Shown piece by piece: positions 16,615-24,304 of a stretch of DNA of 42,671 nucleotides. The stretch is from positions 1 through 42,671 of the IMG/VR virus record IMGVR_UViG_3300045988_003762; one strand, given 5' to 3'. The translations under genes were made by a program, and so were the position numbers. This DNA is from a virus. How positions within the stretch are numbered: the stretch's first letter is position 1; each line of letters opens with the position of its first letter. The notes below the pieces were generated by a model. It saw nothing but the letters and a program-made list of their open reading frames with translations. It had not been told where the DNA came from and ran no database searches.

Positions 16615-17194
16615 CTCCGTGTTCCTCCTTCCATCTCGTCTCCCAGCTCCGCACAGCGGCTTTCCAATCCTTCATGTGGTTTTTACCCACCATCCAGCCC
16701 TTTTGCTCGTAAAAGGCCACAAACCGCTCTGCGTTGACGTGGTAGCCCTGCGCCTTCACATAGGCAGACACATCATCAGCGGATGGCGGTGTGAAGCGCG
16801 CCGTGCGTGTATCACTCTTGCCATCGTTAGATGGCAGAGTATCGGTATTGGTATCGGTCTTGGTTTCGGTATAGCCATTTTTGCCATTGGCAGAGATGGC
16901 TTTGCTATTTTTGCCATTGGCAAAAATGCGTTTGCCATTTTGCCATCTTGCAGCCGCTCCAGCTTTACCTGCTTCGCTCCGTACTACAGACACTTCCTCG
17001 TAGCTTGCTTTAAACCGATCCTCCTGAGACATAACGCGCTTGGCGTAAAATCTCTCATTGCCACAGAGCGCTATCCGCTCTCCCGTCATGCTGTATGCCA
17101 GCAATGCCCGCGTTAGCCGACCGAACTCTGCATCGTTGAGTGCTTCCATCTCCTCTAAATAATCATAGGGGAGTGCAGCATAGTTTCTTGCCAT
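16547..17194 (-). CDS. Replication initiation / replisome organiser protein
   Basis: C-terminal ADDVSAYVKAQGYHVNAERFVAFYEQKGWMVGKNHMKDWKAAVRSW is a motif common in phage replisome organisers. GAGAGGTGG RBS. Lies upstream of the helicase loader. Confidence 0.7.
   Translation of the reverse strand: MARNYAALPYDYLEEMEALNDAEFGRLTRALLAYSMTGERIALCGNERFYAKRVMSQEDRFKASYEEVSVVRSEAGKAGAAARWQNGKRIFANGKNSKAISANGKNGYTETKTDTNTDTLPSNDGKSDTRTARFTPPSADDVSAYVKAQGYHVNAERFVAFYEQKGWMVGKNHMKDWKAAVRSWETRWKEEHGGGCNGSAGETAKKWNIPGEVVL
16839..16946. repeat. Iteron cluster (candidate origin) inside the organiser gene
   Basis: GGTATCGGT occurs twice with a GGTTTCGGT variant (16839..16872). ATTTTTGCCATTGGCA occurs twice, 30 bp apart (16877..16892 and 16907..16922), and contains the palindrome GCCATTGGC. 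A degenerate third copy is at 16928..16946. Confidence 0.55.
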
Positions 17195-17205
17195 TGCGCC
17201 ACCTC

Positions 17206-17520
17206 TCACTCCTTTGGCGATACGCCTATGACGTACACCCCGCGCTCTTTGTCCAGCTTATATTGAACGGTGTAGTCCGTAAGACCTTTTGCCACAAGCT
17301 TCGCGGGTATCTCCAGGTGATAGCCCCACAGTGTGTCGCAGTCCTCACGCTTCTCGCCGAACTGTACGGCACAGGCGGCGTAATGGGCATCCACCATGTC
17401 ACTAACGGCTTTAATGGCCTTGCCCATATCCGTAAGCCGTTCCCGCTGCCGCTGTACGATGGTCTGGAGGTGCGTGTTTTGCCGCCGCAATGCCTTGATC
17501 TCGTCCTGCATCTTACCCAT
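17206..17520 (-). CDS. Hypothetical protein (104 aa)
   Basis: ORF in a packed operon with a coiled-coil N-terminus. Confidence 0.6.
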   Translation of the reverse strand: MGKMQDEIKALRRQNTHLQTIVQRQRERLTDMGKAIKAVSDMVDAHYAACAVQFGEKREDCDTLWGYHLEIPAKLVAKGLTDYTVQYKLDKERGVYVIGVSPKE

Positions 17521-17534
17521 TCATGCCACCCCCT

Positions 17535-17930
17535 TTAGAACGGAAAATCGCTGTCGTCCTCGTCCATCTCCACGAACTGGCTCTTGCCATCCGTCCTGGG
17601 CGGCATGCCCTGCGCGTCCTCGTTCTTGCCGCAGAAGTGGACACGATCGACTGTCATCTCCGTCACGCTGCGGTCATTCCCGTTCTTGTCCTGGTATTCG
17701 CGGGTGGACAGCTTGCCCTCCAGAAGGATTTCCTTGCCCTTGTACCAGTATTTGCAGATCAGCTTTGCCGTGCCCTGCCACGCCACGCAGCTCAGGAACA
17801 GCTTCGTCTCCCTGTCCTTCACCGTCTCGCTCCACGCCACGCGGAAGCTGCACACCGCCGTACCGTTGTTGGTTCTCCGCATCTCAGGATCCGCACAGAG
17901 CCGTCCCTGCAAAATCATTCTGTTTACCAT
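17535..17930 (-). CDS. ssb: Single-stranded DNA-binding protein
   Basis: OB-fold pattern (MILQGRLCADPEMRRTNNGTAVCSFRVAW...) and an acidic C-terminal tail DEDDSDFPF. Confidence 0.9.
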   Translation of the reverse strand: MVNRMILQGRLCADPEMRRTNNGTAVCSFRVAWSETVKDRETKLFLSCVAWQGTAKLICKYWYKGKEILLEGKLSTREYQDKNGNDRSVTEMTVDRVHFCGKNEDAQGMPPRTDGKSQFVEMDEDDSDFPF

Positions 17931-17941
17931 GTCAAATCTCC

Positions 17942-18220
17942 TTACAAATATGATTTCCCAAATTCTCGCCGGAAGTCCTCTTCCGTCCAGCCATGCTCCT
18001 GCATGGCCTTAAGCTGTCCGTACCGCCGCAGCCTGCGCATCTGTTCGCCGCTGCGGTGTACTGCCGTCTTTCCGTTCCTGTGACACCTGTTGCCGCACAG
18101 GTACACAACAAGGCCGTATTTCTCGCTCTTCTTGCGGTTCGCACCACCCAGAAGATGATGCTTCTCTAACGGATCGCTTGGGTCATTCCTGCCGCACAGG
18201 AAGCACCGCTTGTCCTCCAT
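17942..18220 (-). CDS. Small zinc-binding, HNH-like protein (92 aa)
   Basis: CFLCG...HHLLGGANRKKSEKYGL...LCGNRCH. The family assignment is tentative. Confidence 0.4.
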   Translation of the reverse strand: MEDKRCFLCGRNDPSDPLEKHHLLGGANRKKSEKYGLVVYLCGNRCHRNGKTAVHRSGEQMRRLRRYGQLKAMQEHGWTEEDFRREFGKSYL

Positions 18221-18419
18221 TGCTTACCACCGTCCCGTCCCATTCGTATTCCGGGCAGCTGTGTATGGCGTAGCTGTGCATGCAGTACTTGCCGCCGCCG
18301 CTTCCGTGAAATTTTACCGTCGGCGTGGCGTCCCATCCTGGCACCGGCTCCGGGTTCTTCTTCGTCCAGCTGCAATCGCCGTAGCACTTCTTGCATGTCC
18401 GGCATGGCTGCATGTTCAT
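18183..18419 (-). CDS. Hypothetical Cys-rich protein (78 aa)
   Basis: The ATG at 18419 forms an ATGA overlap with the upstream stop. CRTCKKCYGDC motif. Confidence 0.5.
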   Translation of the reverse strand: MNMQPCRTCKKCYGDCSWTKKNPEPVPGWDATPTVKFHGSGGGKYCMHSYAIHSCPEYEWDGTVVSNGGQAVLPVRQE

Positions 18420-18964
18420 CGCCCCCATGTACTCACCTCTCCCCACCGGCTCACCAGCGCATCCAGCTCTGCCGGCGTCATAGTCTCAATTCCTGCGCTT
18501 TTGCAATCCTGCACAACGGCGTCTATCAACCGCGACATCTGCTCCGTGTCGTAGGTACTGCTTCCGTACCATACTGTCACGGTCACGCAGCCCTTCAGCT
18601 TGCTTGGGAACGTCTCTGCCATCCAGCCGATCCCGTTCCGCTCCCATGCCCTGCAAAACGGCTCCGCCGCCTTTTCCCGCAGGCACAGCACATCGCTAAC
18701 GCCGCCGATGTTCCGTATCTCCTGCAGGTACACCTCCTGCTTGGAGATGCCGTAGTGTGCCGCCAGCCTGTCCAGCAGAACCCAGCAATAGGCGTTGGCA
18801 TCCAGGCTCCGGCCTTTCCCCTTGATGGTCACGTTGTACTCCTTGTCTGGCTTCATGGCGTCGCACACGTCCATAGCGGTCTGCGGCGACTTCACACGCA
18901 GCGCCAGCCACGCACCATCACTGTCCTGCTGCCACCTCGACCCGTTAACCGTTATCTGCTGCAT
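18416..18964 (-). CDS. NinB/Orf-like recombination mediator (putative)
   Basis: VTIKGKGRSLDANAYCWVLLDRL parallels lambda NinB VTIQERNRSLDQNRKLWACLGDV. Sits beside the ERF gene. Confidence 0.5.
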   Translation of the reverse strand: MQQITVNGSRWQQDSDGAWLALRVKSPQTAMDVCDAMKPDKEYNVTIKGKGRSLDANAYCWVLLDRLAAHYGISKQEVYLQEIRNIGGVSDVLCLREKAAEPFCRAWERNGIGWMAETFPSKLKGCVTVTVWYGSSTYDTEQMSRLIDAVVQDCKSAGIETMTPAELDALVSRWGEVSTWGR

Positions 18965-19553
18965 GGTTCTTCTCCGCTGCGTTGGCCGCCTTCATGCAGC
19001 CCCAGCACAACCGCTTGCCGTATCTGTCGATGGACTTGTCTGCGATGTCATCCGGGGAATACCTCACGCCCTGACACGTCACTCCTTTGATGGGAATACC
19101 GCAGCTCTCGCAGATGACCTCGCCCTTTTTGGCAGACTTCTGCTCCTGCCGCTTCACCTCGTCCGTGTCCGCGTCCTTTGTATCATCGATGCAAAACAGC
19201 CCGTTCAGCGCGTACTTCCTGGCATAGCTGGATGCCATGCCGGTGATCTGGCTGTCATCCATGCCCTTCTTGTCCTGCGGCTCTCTGGCGTATGCGTCCG
19301 CTTCCACAACACCGTCACCCTCCTGATCGGCAAGCGTGGCCGTAGCAACAACGTAAAACCGACCGGAAATCTCACGAACCGTGTCATTCAATATCAGCGT
19401 GGCATTGTTCTTGATGCACAGCGGCTTTACCGCCTCCAGAATGTCCTCGCAGCTGCGGTAATTGTACTTAGCAAAGCTGTTGTACTGCCCCTTTGGCGCT
19501 TTGAGTTCCTGCTGGATTGCCGCCAGTTTCCCATAGATATTCAGTCCCATCAC
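18945..19553 (-). CDS. erf: ERF-family single-strand annealing protein
   Basis: GQYNSFAKYNYRSCEDILEAVKPL closely mirrors P22 Erf NQYNSFGKYKYRSCEDILEGVKPL. Confidence 0.85.
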   Translation of the reverse strand: MMGLNIYGKLAAIQQELKAPKGQYNSFAKYNYRSCEDILEAVKPLCIKNNATLILNDTVREISGRFYVVATATLADQEGDGVVEADAYAREPQDKKGMDDSQITGMASSYARKYALNGLFCIDDTKDADTDEVKRQEQKSAKKGEVICESCGIPIKGVTCQGVRYSPDDIADKSIDRYGKRLCWGCMKAANAAEKNHAADNG

Positions 19554-20041
19554 TTCACCCCCATGTTCATCCGCTCGGCGATCTCCGCGCCGTCCACCGC
19601 AACACCGGCTTTCAGCAGCGGGGCAATGTCGCTCTTGGATACCGTGGGCGCTGCATACGTCACCTTGCCGTCATAGCCGTTGTCCATGCACCACCGCACC
19701 AGCTCCTCCATGTTGGTGATCTCTACCGCCGTGCTCTTACGGTAGGTAACGGAACACTTTGCCGTCTGGAAGGGGTGCCCGTCCAGCGCCCGGTCAACGT
19801 AGTCCCACAGCCGGTCACGCTTGCGCTCCATCGTGCGGCGGCGCTCCGCCAACTCCTTTTCCTCGTCCCGGATGGCCTTTGCCTCTGCGTCCAGGCTCTT
19901 AGCCCAGCACACCATGTTCTCAATCTTGTGATCCCTGTCCATCTGCAGCTGCTCAAAAGCATCGTAGTCAAGCAGCTCACCGGTCTCCGGGTCGATCAGC
20001 GCCTCCAGCGCCTGGTCAATGTGATACAAACTCAAGCTCAT
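19550..20041 (-). CDS. Siphovirus Gp157-like protein
   Basis: GGGAGGAAAAG RBS before MSLSLYHIDQALEALIDPETGE. The Gp157-ERF-SSB gene order fits. Confidence 0.6.
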   Translation of the reverse strand: MSLSLYHIDQALEALIDPETGELLDYDAFEQLQMDRDHKIENMVCWAKSLDAEAKAIRDEEKELAERRRTMERKRDRLWDYVDRALDGHPFQTAKCSVTYRKSTAVEITNMEELVRWCMDNGYDGKVTYAAPTVSKSDIAPLLKAGVAVDGAEIAERMNMGVK

Positions 20042-20217
20042 TTCTTTTCCTCCCATGCGTCCACCGTTCGTATGCAGCCATCGCACCCAACGGTTTCGCC
20101 GTAAATATTCTTGTACAGGGTATCTGTTTCCTCGCCGCACACGGGGCATCGCGGAACCTTGTAATCTTTCGGTTCTGCCGGCCTTTCCGGCTCCCAGTAT
20201 TCCATTACGCTTCTCAT
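20038..20217 (-). CDS. Unlisted zinc-ribbon protein (59 aa)
   Basis: Hand translated: MRSVMEYWEPERPAEPKDYKVPRCPVCGEETDTLYKNIYGETVGCDGCIRTVDAWEEKK. ATGA overlaps at both ends. Too short for the ORF track. Confidence 0.65.
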   Translation of the reverse strand: MRSVMEYWEPERPAEPKDYKVPRCPVCGEETDTLYKNIYGETVGCDGCIRTVDAWEEKK

Positions 20218-20732
20218 ACCGGCCTACCAGCCGCTTTAAGCACGTCCCGCATGGGCTTCCGCGCCTTGAGTATGGACATAGCCCGCGCCGTCTCCCGCCT
20301 GTATTGCCGCCACAGGTCGCTCAGCTCGTCACTCTGGTAGTATCCGTCCCCGTCATTGCAGATCATCAAGCCCTGCTTCTTTGCCTCGGCCACGGCCTTT
20401 CGCATCTTCCGGTCGGTGGTGTGCAGCGCCGCCGCCAGGTCTTCCCGGCTGATGGCGTTCCTGCGCCCGCTGGGTATCAGACCGGCGATCCGCTCCGTCT
20501 CCGCCGTCCGCTGGGGAATGTCGGCTTTCTCGTCCTCGCCGAACAAATACGCCCTGCTTGTCCGCAGCGCCGTCTCCAGCGCTGTCATGACCTCCTCTGT
20601 GGGCAGGCACGCGCCGTTTTCAAACCGGCTCACCATGCTCACGTCCATCCGTTGGTCTGCCAGCTTCAAAATGCCGCTGACCGCCTCCTGCGTCAGCCCC
20701 AGCTCCAGCCGCCGTTCCTTCAGTCGGTTCAT
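20214..20732 (-). CDS. XRE-HTH protein with a C-terminal winged-helix-like domain (172 aa)
   Basis: GGTGGAGG RBS before MNRLKERRLELGLTQEAVSG. Confidence 0.75.
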   Translation of the reverse strand: MNRLKERRLELGLTQEAVSGILKLADQRMDVSMVSRFENGACLPTEEVMTALETALRTSRAYLFGEDEKADIPQRTAETERIAGLIPSGRRNAISREDLAAALHTTDRKMRKAVAEAKKQGLMICNDGDGYYQSDELSDLWRQYRRETARAMSILKARKPMRDVLKAAGRPV

Positions 20733-21592
20733 TTCTGTACCTCCACCCATTGACCGTTCTTAACGGTGTACCAAACGCCGGGTTTCAGCGTTTCACCATC
20801 CACGATGCCAGCAAGGATGGAGGCGATCTCTCCATTACCCCTACGCTCTACGCAGACAATAGCGTTGCCGATATCACCCATAACGAGGCCAAAAAAGCCG
20901 GTTGTCATAGCCACACAATATTTGCCGGTGGCGGATGCTGCGCCCCTCCAGCCGGTGGCAGATGCTGCGCCCCTCTCACCGGTGGCGGATGCTGCGCCCC
21001 TCTTACCGGTGGCAGATGCTGCGCCCCTCTCACCGGTGGCGGATGCTGCGCCACTCTCGCCGGTGGCAGATGCTGCGCCACTCCAGCCGGTGGCAGATGC
21101 TGCGCCCCTCCAGCCGGTGGCAGATGCTGCGCCACTCCAGCCGGTGGCAGATGCTGCGCCACTCTCGCCGGTGGCGGATGCTGCGCCACTCTCGCCGGTG
21201 GCAGATGCTGCGCCACTCCAGCCGGTGGCGTGGTTTTTCTTCTCGTCGTTCGCTTTCTTGATTGCGTTATCAAAACCGCACTGTGCCTTAACGTACTCCA
21301 CCTGTGCTTTGACCAGCCCCGGAATACCGATCTCCGCGCTCAACGTCAGCTTCTTGCCGACGCGCTTCGTGTCATTGCTACGCTTCTCACTGCTGGCATC
21401 CTCCAGCTCCGCTTCAAAATACCGGGAGCCATCACCGGGCACGTAGTAACCCAGAACATCCAATGGCATTTCGCAGGCATGCAGCCCATTTTTGCACAAT
21501 TCAATATCGCCATTGACCTCCGCCGTCTTGCCAAGCTCATACTGGAATCCACGGCATTTCATGTCTTTGTCTGTTGCCTTGTAAACCTTCAT
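20729..21592 (-). CDS. DUF7666-like protein with 11 tandem nonapeptide repeats (G-x-x-GAASAT)
   Basis: AAAGGAGTGGAG RBS. The N-terminus MKVYKATDKDMKCRGFQYELGKT...LHACEMPLDVLGYY matches a widespread uncharacterised phage/bacterial family, as I recall it. Confidence 0.7.
   Translation of the reverse strand: MKVYKATDKDMKCRGFQYELGKTAEVNGDIELCKNGLHACEMPLDVLGYYVPGDGSRYFEAELEDASSEKRSNDTKRVGKKLTLSAEIGIPGLVKAQVEYVKAQCGFDNAIKKANDEKKNHATGWSGAASATGESGAASATGESGAASATGWSGAASATGWRGAASATGWSGAASATGESGAASATGERGAASATGKRGAASATGERGAASATGWRGAASATGKYCVAMTTGFFGLVMGDIGNAIVCVERRGNGEIASILAGIVDGETLKPGVWYTVKNGQWVEVQK
20925..21221. repeat. 11 x 27-bp near-perfect tandem repeat (coding)
   Basis: Units of ccggtggc[a/g]gatgctgcgcc[c/a]ctc[c/t][c/t][a/c][g/a] were read consecutively, with a partial 12th unit after 21221. 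Confidence 0.95.
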
Positions 21593-21807
21593 CGTCTCCA
21601 CTCCTTTCCGATTTTCCTCCGCATTGCCTGCTCCAAGCTGCGCCACTTCCCGGCCTCTACAATGTTGGTATCCTGCACCGCCTTTGCCACGCGCTCATAC
21701 TCTGCGTTCCGCTGCGCTTCGTACCTTGCCCACGCCGCGCAGTTTCCGTGGCACCCGACTTCGCGCCGGTCGCACCGCACACCGCAGGGCGGCACAATCA
21801 TACTCAT
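21589..21807 (-). CDS. Hypothetical Cys-rich protein (72 aa)
   Basis: MSMIVPPCGVRCDRREVGCHGNCAAW... ATGA overlaps at both ends. Only the last 72 codons of the 223-aa track ORF are used. Confidence 0.6.
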   Translation of the reverse strand: MSMIVPPCGVRCDRREVGCHGNCAAWARYEAQRNAEYERVAKAVQDTNIVEAGKWRSLEQAMRRKIGKEWRR

Positions 21808-22301
21808 TCCCACTTCACCAGCGCTTTCACAACACCGGCCTGCGCCGCGTCCTCGTGGCTCATCAGCACGTCCACCGTGTAGCCGTACACACCGGTATCG
21901 GCTGCTATGTACTCCTTGCCTCCCAGCGTCACGGTGCTTCCCAGCGGAATGACGTCCGGATCTACCGCTACCGCCTCGCCGATGCGCACCCACCGACCGG
22001 AGGCCGTCAGCACCTTGCCGTCCCGCTGGTTCATGTGGGCGTAGGGTGTGCAGCAGGCGCAGTACCCGGTGATGTCGCATACGATCAGGTTCTCCGGTTC
22101 CTCGGCGACCGGCGCCGCTGTCATGACCGGATCCGCTGTGTGCCCCGGCTCGTCCTCCACCTCCGGCAGCGTCAGGCACCACGCCAGAAACGCCAGCAGC
22201 ATCACCCACAGGACGATTGCCGCCGCCCACAGCCGCCTGCACCATCTTCTGGTGCGGCATAGCCGGGAGTATTCCCGCGCCCGCCTGTTCCGCTCTCTCA
22301 T
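21804..22301 (-). CDS. Membrane-anchored 3D-domain (MltA/RlpA-like) cell-wall protein
   Basis: TM segment LWAAAIVLWVMLLAFLAWCL, then ITGYCACC...VAVDPDVIPLGSTV...YIAADTGVYGYTVDV, the 3D-domain pattern. The start at 22301 is supported by an ATGA overlap with the 29-aa ORF. Confidence 0.7.
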   Translation of the reverse strand: MRERNRRAREYSRLCRTRRWCRRLWAAAIVLWVMLLAFLAWCLTLPEVEDEPGHTADPVMTAAPVAEEPENLIVCDITGYCACCTPYAHMNQRDGKVLTASGRWVRIGEAVAVDPDVIPLGSTVTLGGKEYIAADTGVYGYTVDVLMSHEDAAQAGVVKALVKWE

Positions 22302-22387
22302 CGCCCCAGCGCCTCCACGCCCTTGACGATAGCCCAGCTCAGCCACGCCGCGCCGATAAACGCCAACGTCCATGCAAACCACGTCAT
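22298..22387 (-). CDS. Unlisted 29-aa hydrophobic peptide
   Basis: Hand translated: MTWFAWTLAFIGAAWLSWAIVKGVEALGR. GGAGGTG lies 4 nt upstream. ATGA overlaps at both ends. Confidence 0.55.
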   Translation of the reverse strand: MTWFAWTLAFIGAAWLSWAIVKGVEALGR

Positions 22388-22629
22388 TTCGCACCTCCGA
22401 TCATCATCAGTTTCTCCTCGTCCGTGAAGTGCAGCACGCTGTCCAGCGCCCACACCTCCTCGATCGACCACTTGGTCTTTCCGTTCATCCGGTAGGACAT
22501 CTGCGTCTCTGTCATGCCCACAGCCTGTCCCAGCTCCTTGTTGGTACGGATCAGCGCCCGTCCCATCGCACCGCGTACCGCGCTCTCAAACCCGCGCCTC
22601 CGCTTCGCCGTCTGCTGCGGCCTCAACAT
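22384..22629 (-). CDS. Small HTH DNA-binding protein (81 aa)
   Basis: AAGGAGGG RBS before MLRPQQTAKRRRG...ELGQAVGMTETQMSYRMNG. Confidence 0.7.
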   Translation of the reverse strand: MLRPQQTAKRRRGFESAVRGAMGRALIRTNKELGQAVGMTETQMSYRMNGKTKWSIEEVWALDSVLHFTDEEKLMMIGGAK

Positions 22630-22934
22630 TTCTTTCCCTCCTTGTGTGGTGTCATCCAGCCGGTACCGGTGTATCCGGTGAACTCGTGTCCCATGCCCTG
22701 CAAAGCACCCCATAGCCAGTACACGTTACATCCAAACACCTGTGCTATCCGCTTACACCTGATCCATGAGAGATATGTCGTGTCTCCCTGTTCGTATCGC
22801 CGATACGTTTCCTCGCTTATACTGGCTGCTCTGGCAACGCCTGCCGCCGTCAGGCCGGCTCTCTCACGCAGCTTGCGTAGGATGTTTTCAGCACTTCCGT
22901 CCTCCGATGTCGACATCTCCCGTGGCCTCAACAT
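22623..22934 (-). CDS. XRE-family HTH protein (103 aa)
   Basis: GAGAGGAAG RBS. LRKLRERAGLTAAGVARAASISEETYRRYEQG. Confidence 0.75.
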   Translation of the reverse strand: MLRPREMSTSEDGSAENILRKLRERAGLTAAGVARAASISEETYRRYEQGDTTYLSWIRCKRIAQVFGCNVYWLWGALQGMGHEFTGYTGTGWMTPHKEGKKC

Positions 22935-23125
22935 TTCTTCTTCCTCTCGATGATGGCATCCAGCGCATTTTCCATGCGCTTCTGGATGTCCTTCGGCTTC
23001 TTCACGCCGTTCAGGATCTGGCACACATACGCCTTTCCGACCCCCAGCTCTGCGCCCAGGTCGGAATAGGTAATGCGGTTGTTGTGCATCCTCCCGATCA
23101 GTCGTCCCGTCCATGCTTCCGGCAT
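22928..23125 (-). CDS. Cro-like small HTH protein (65 aa), first gene of the leftward early operon
   Basis: AAAGGAGAAAAG RBS. ITYSDLGAELGVGKAYVCQILNG. Divergent from the plus-strand lysogeny genes. Confidence 0.7.
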   Translation of the reverse strand: MPEAWTGRLIGRMHNNRITYSDLGAELGVGKAYVCQILNGVKKPKDIQKRMENALDAIIERKKKC

Positions 23126-23213
23126 TTCTTTTCTCCTTTCAAATTTATAGTTGCAAAAGTTTACTTTTCGTGATACCATAAAGTTGCCACACATCATGAA
23201 TCACGAGGTTCTT
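23126..23213. promoter_or_regulatory. Divergent intergenic region (probable lysis/lysogeny switch)
   Basis: 88 bp between divergent starts. Plus-strand TTGCAA (23151)-17 nt-TACCAT. Palindrome AAAGTTTACTTT at about 23157..23168. No clear minus-strand promoter was found. Confidence 0.45.
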
Positions 23214-23570
23214 ATGACCAAATACGATCTTCTTTCCGTCCTTCTGGACAACGGCGGCGAAATGGAACAGTCCCAACTGTTGAACAAATTCCTGGACAAC
23301 CAAGTTACCGCCGGGGGCTTTTTCCAAATGCTTCTGGATGACCGCTGCATCAAATGCGGCAAAGAGCCGTGGTCAACTGTCTCCATCACATTCAAAGGCA
23401 AAGCCCTTTACTCACAGTTTGATCAGGAAAAGAAAGACCACGACGAGGAACGCGCCTACATTCGAGCCGTAAATCACAGCTCTCGCAATATCGCAATAAT
23501 AGCCGCGTGCGCTGGTGTTATCGCCGCCGTCTTGTCTTTTATCCAACTCCTTATGCTCCTTCGGGGATAA
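23214..23570 (+). CDS. Hypothetical protein with a C-terminal TM anchor (118 aa)
   Basis: GAGG lies 6 nt before MTKYDLLSVLLDNGGEMEQSQLL (winged-helix-like). C-terminal IAIIAACAGVIAAVLSFIQLLMLL. Confidence 0.6.
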   Translation: MTKYDLLSVLLDNGGEMEQSQLLNKFLDNQVTAGGFFQMLLDDRCIKCGKEPWSTVSITFKGKALYSQFDQEKKDHDEERAYIRAVNHSSRNIAIIAACAGVIAAVLSFIQLLMLLRG

Positions 23571-23797
23571 CCGCTGCAGATGGCTCACCAGCACCCAAAT
23601 GTTCCCGATCAATACAACGGTGCAGTACAAAAAGGCTAATACCGCTCCTGCGCCCATTCTCTCACCACCTCTCTTTGCAAACGCTAACATATTCAACTTG
23701 CAAACATATAATAACGCTATCTAAGTAAACCGTCAAGCCAAAAGCGCAAACTAACGCAACTTTGGCTGATTGTACAAAATATGTCGAGGTAATTTGT

Positions 23798-24115
23798 ATG
23801 TTTTTTCAAAACTTCCTTCGCTTATGTAACAGCGTAAATAAAAAGCCGTCATCTGTTGCACTTGATTTGGGCATTGCAAAATCAACTGTTTCCCGTTGGA
23901 AAGAGGGTTCCGCGCCTCATCCGGCAACGCTTCAAAAACTGGCCGACTATTTTAACGTTCCTGTGGAATCCCTGACCGAAGAGCAAAAAGAAACCGCGCC
24001 CACCGTTACCGATGAGCGCGATTTTGAAATGCTGTCTTTGCTGTCCCGCCTTACGCCGGAGCAGAAGAAGATGCTTCTTCTCCAGATAAAAGGGCTTTTG
24101 CCGCCGCAAGAATAA
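23798..24115 (+). CDS. XRE-family HTH repressor-like protein (105 aa)
   Basis: KKPSSVALDLGIAKSTVSRWKEG is an HTH. Located in the plus-strand lysogeny module. Confidence 0.7.
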   Translation: MFFQNFLRLCNSVNKKPSSVALDLGIAKSTVSRWKEGSAPHPATLQKLADYFNVPVESLTEEQKETAPTVTDERDFEMLSLLSRLTPEQKKMLLLQIKGLLPPQE

Positions 24116-24250
24116 TGTCTTTCTCCGCCTCCCCCAGCTGCACAAACAGGTTTATCAACTCTCTGTCCATTTTCTTCCCCTTTCTTACGTCAAATCGTCC
24201 AATTTATCTCCAGCGTTTTATTCAGTTGTACTAAAATCCCCGCCTTACAC

Positions 24251-24278
24251 TTGCAATTTCTTCACCAAGTTATATAAT
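24251..24278 (+). promoter_or_regulatory. Sigma-70-type promoter TTGCAA-16 nt-TATAAT
   Basis: Read directly. It lies about 27 nt upstream of the GTG start at 24305. Confidence 0.65.
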
Positions 24279-24304
24279 AAGTGCCAGAAAGGGGGTGTGG
24301 TTTT

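Noticed and set aside
20925-21221. The regular 27-bp repeat array considered as a CRISPR array or a DGR target/template
   Set aside because: The units are directly adjacent with no spacers and lie in frame inside a protein-coding gene. The window contains no reverse transcriptase, cas gene or second template copy.
21589-22260. 223-aa track ORF overlapping the 3D-domain gene
   Set aside because: Only its last 72 codons (from the ATGA overlap at 21807) look coding. The upstream part is an Arg/Gly-rich out-of-frame overlap of the 3D-domain gene.
23412-23696. Minus-strand 94-aa ORF convergent with the 23214..23570 gene (good RBS before an internal Met at 23657, N-terminal TM)
   Set aside because: Its last ~160 nt overlap the better-supported plus-strand gene. 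Its C-terminal FLVVVFLFLIKL is the antisense image of the Glu/Lys/Asp-rich stretch of that gene. A short TM peptide cannot be excluded, but it is not supportable from sequence alone.
24045-24170. 41-aa minus-strand ORF (MDRELINLFVQLGEAEKDIILAAAKALLSGEEASSSAPA) with an AAAGGGGAAG RBS
   Set aside because: It overlaps the 3' end of the XRE gene in antisense, and its helix-like sequence can be explained by the antisense codon relationship. It is too short to evaluate without expression data.
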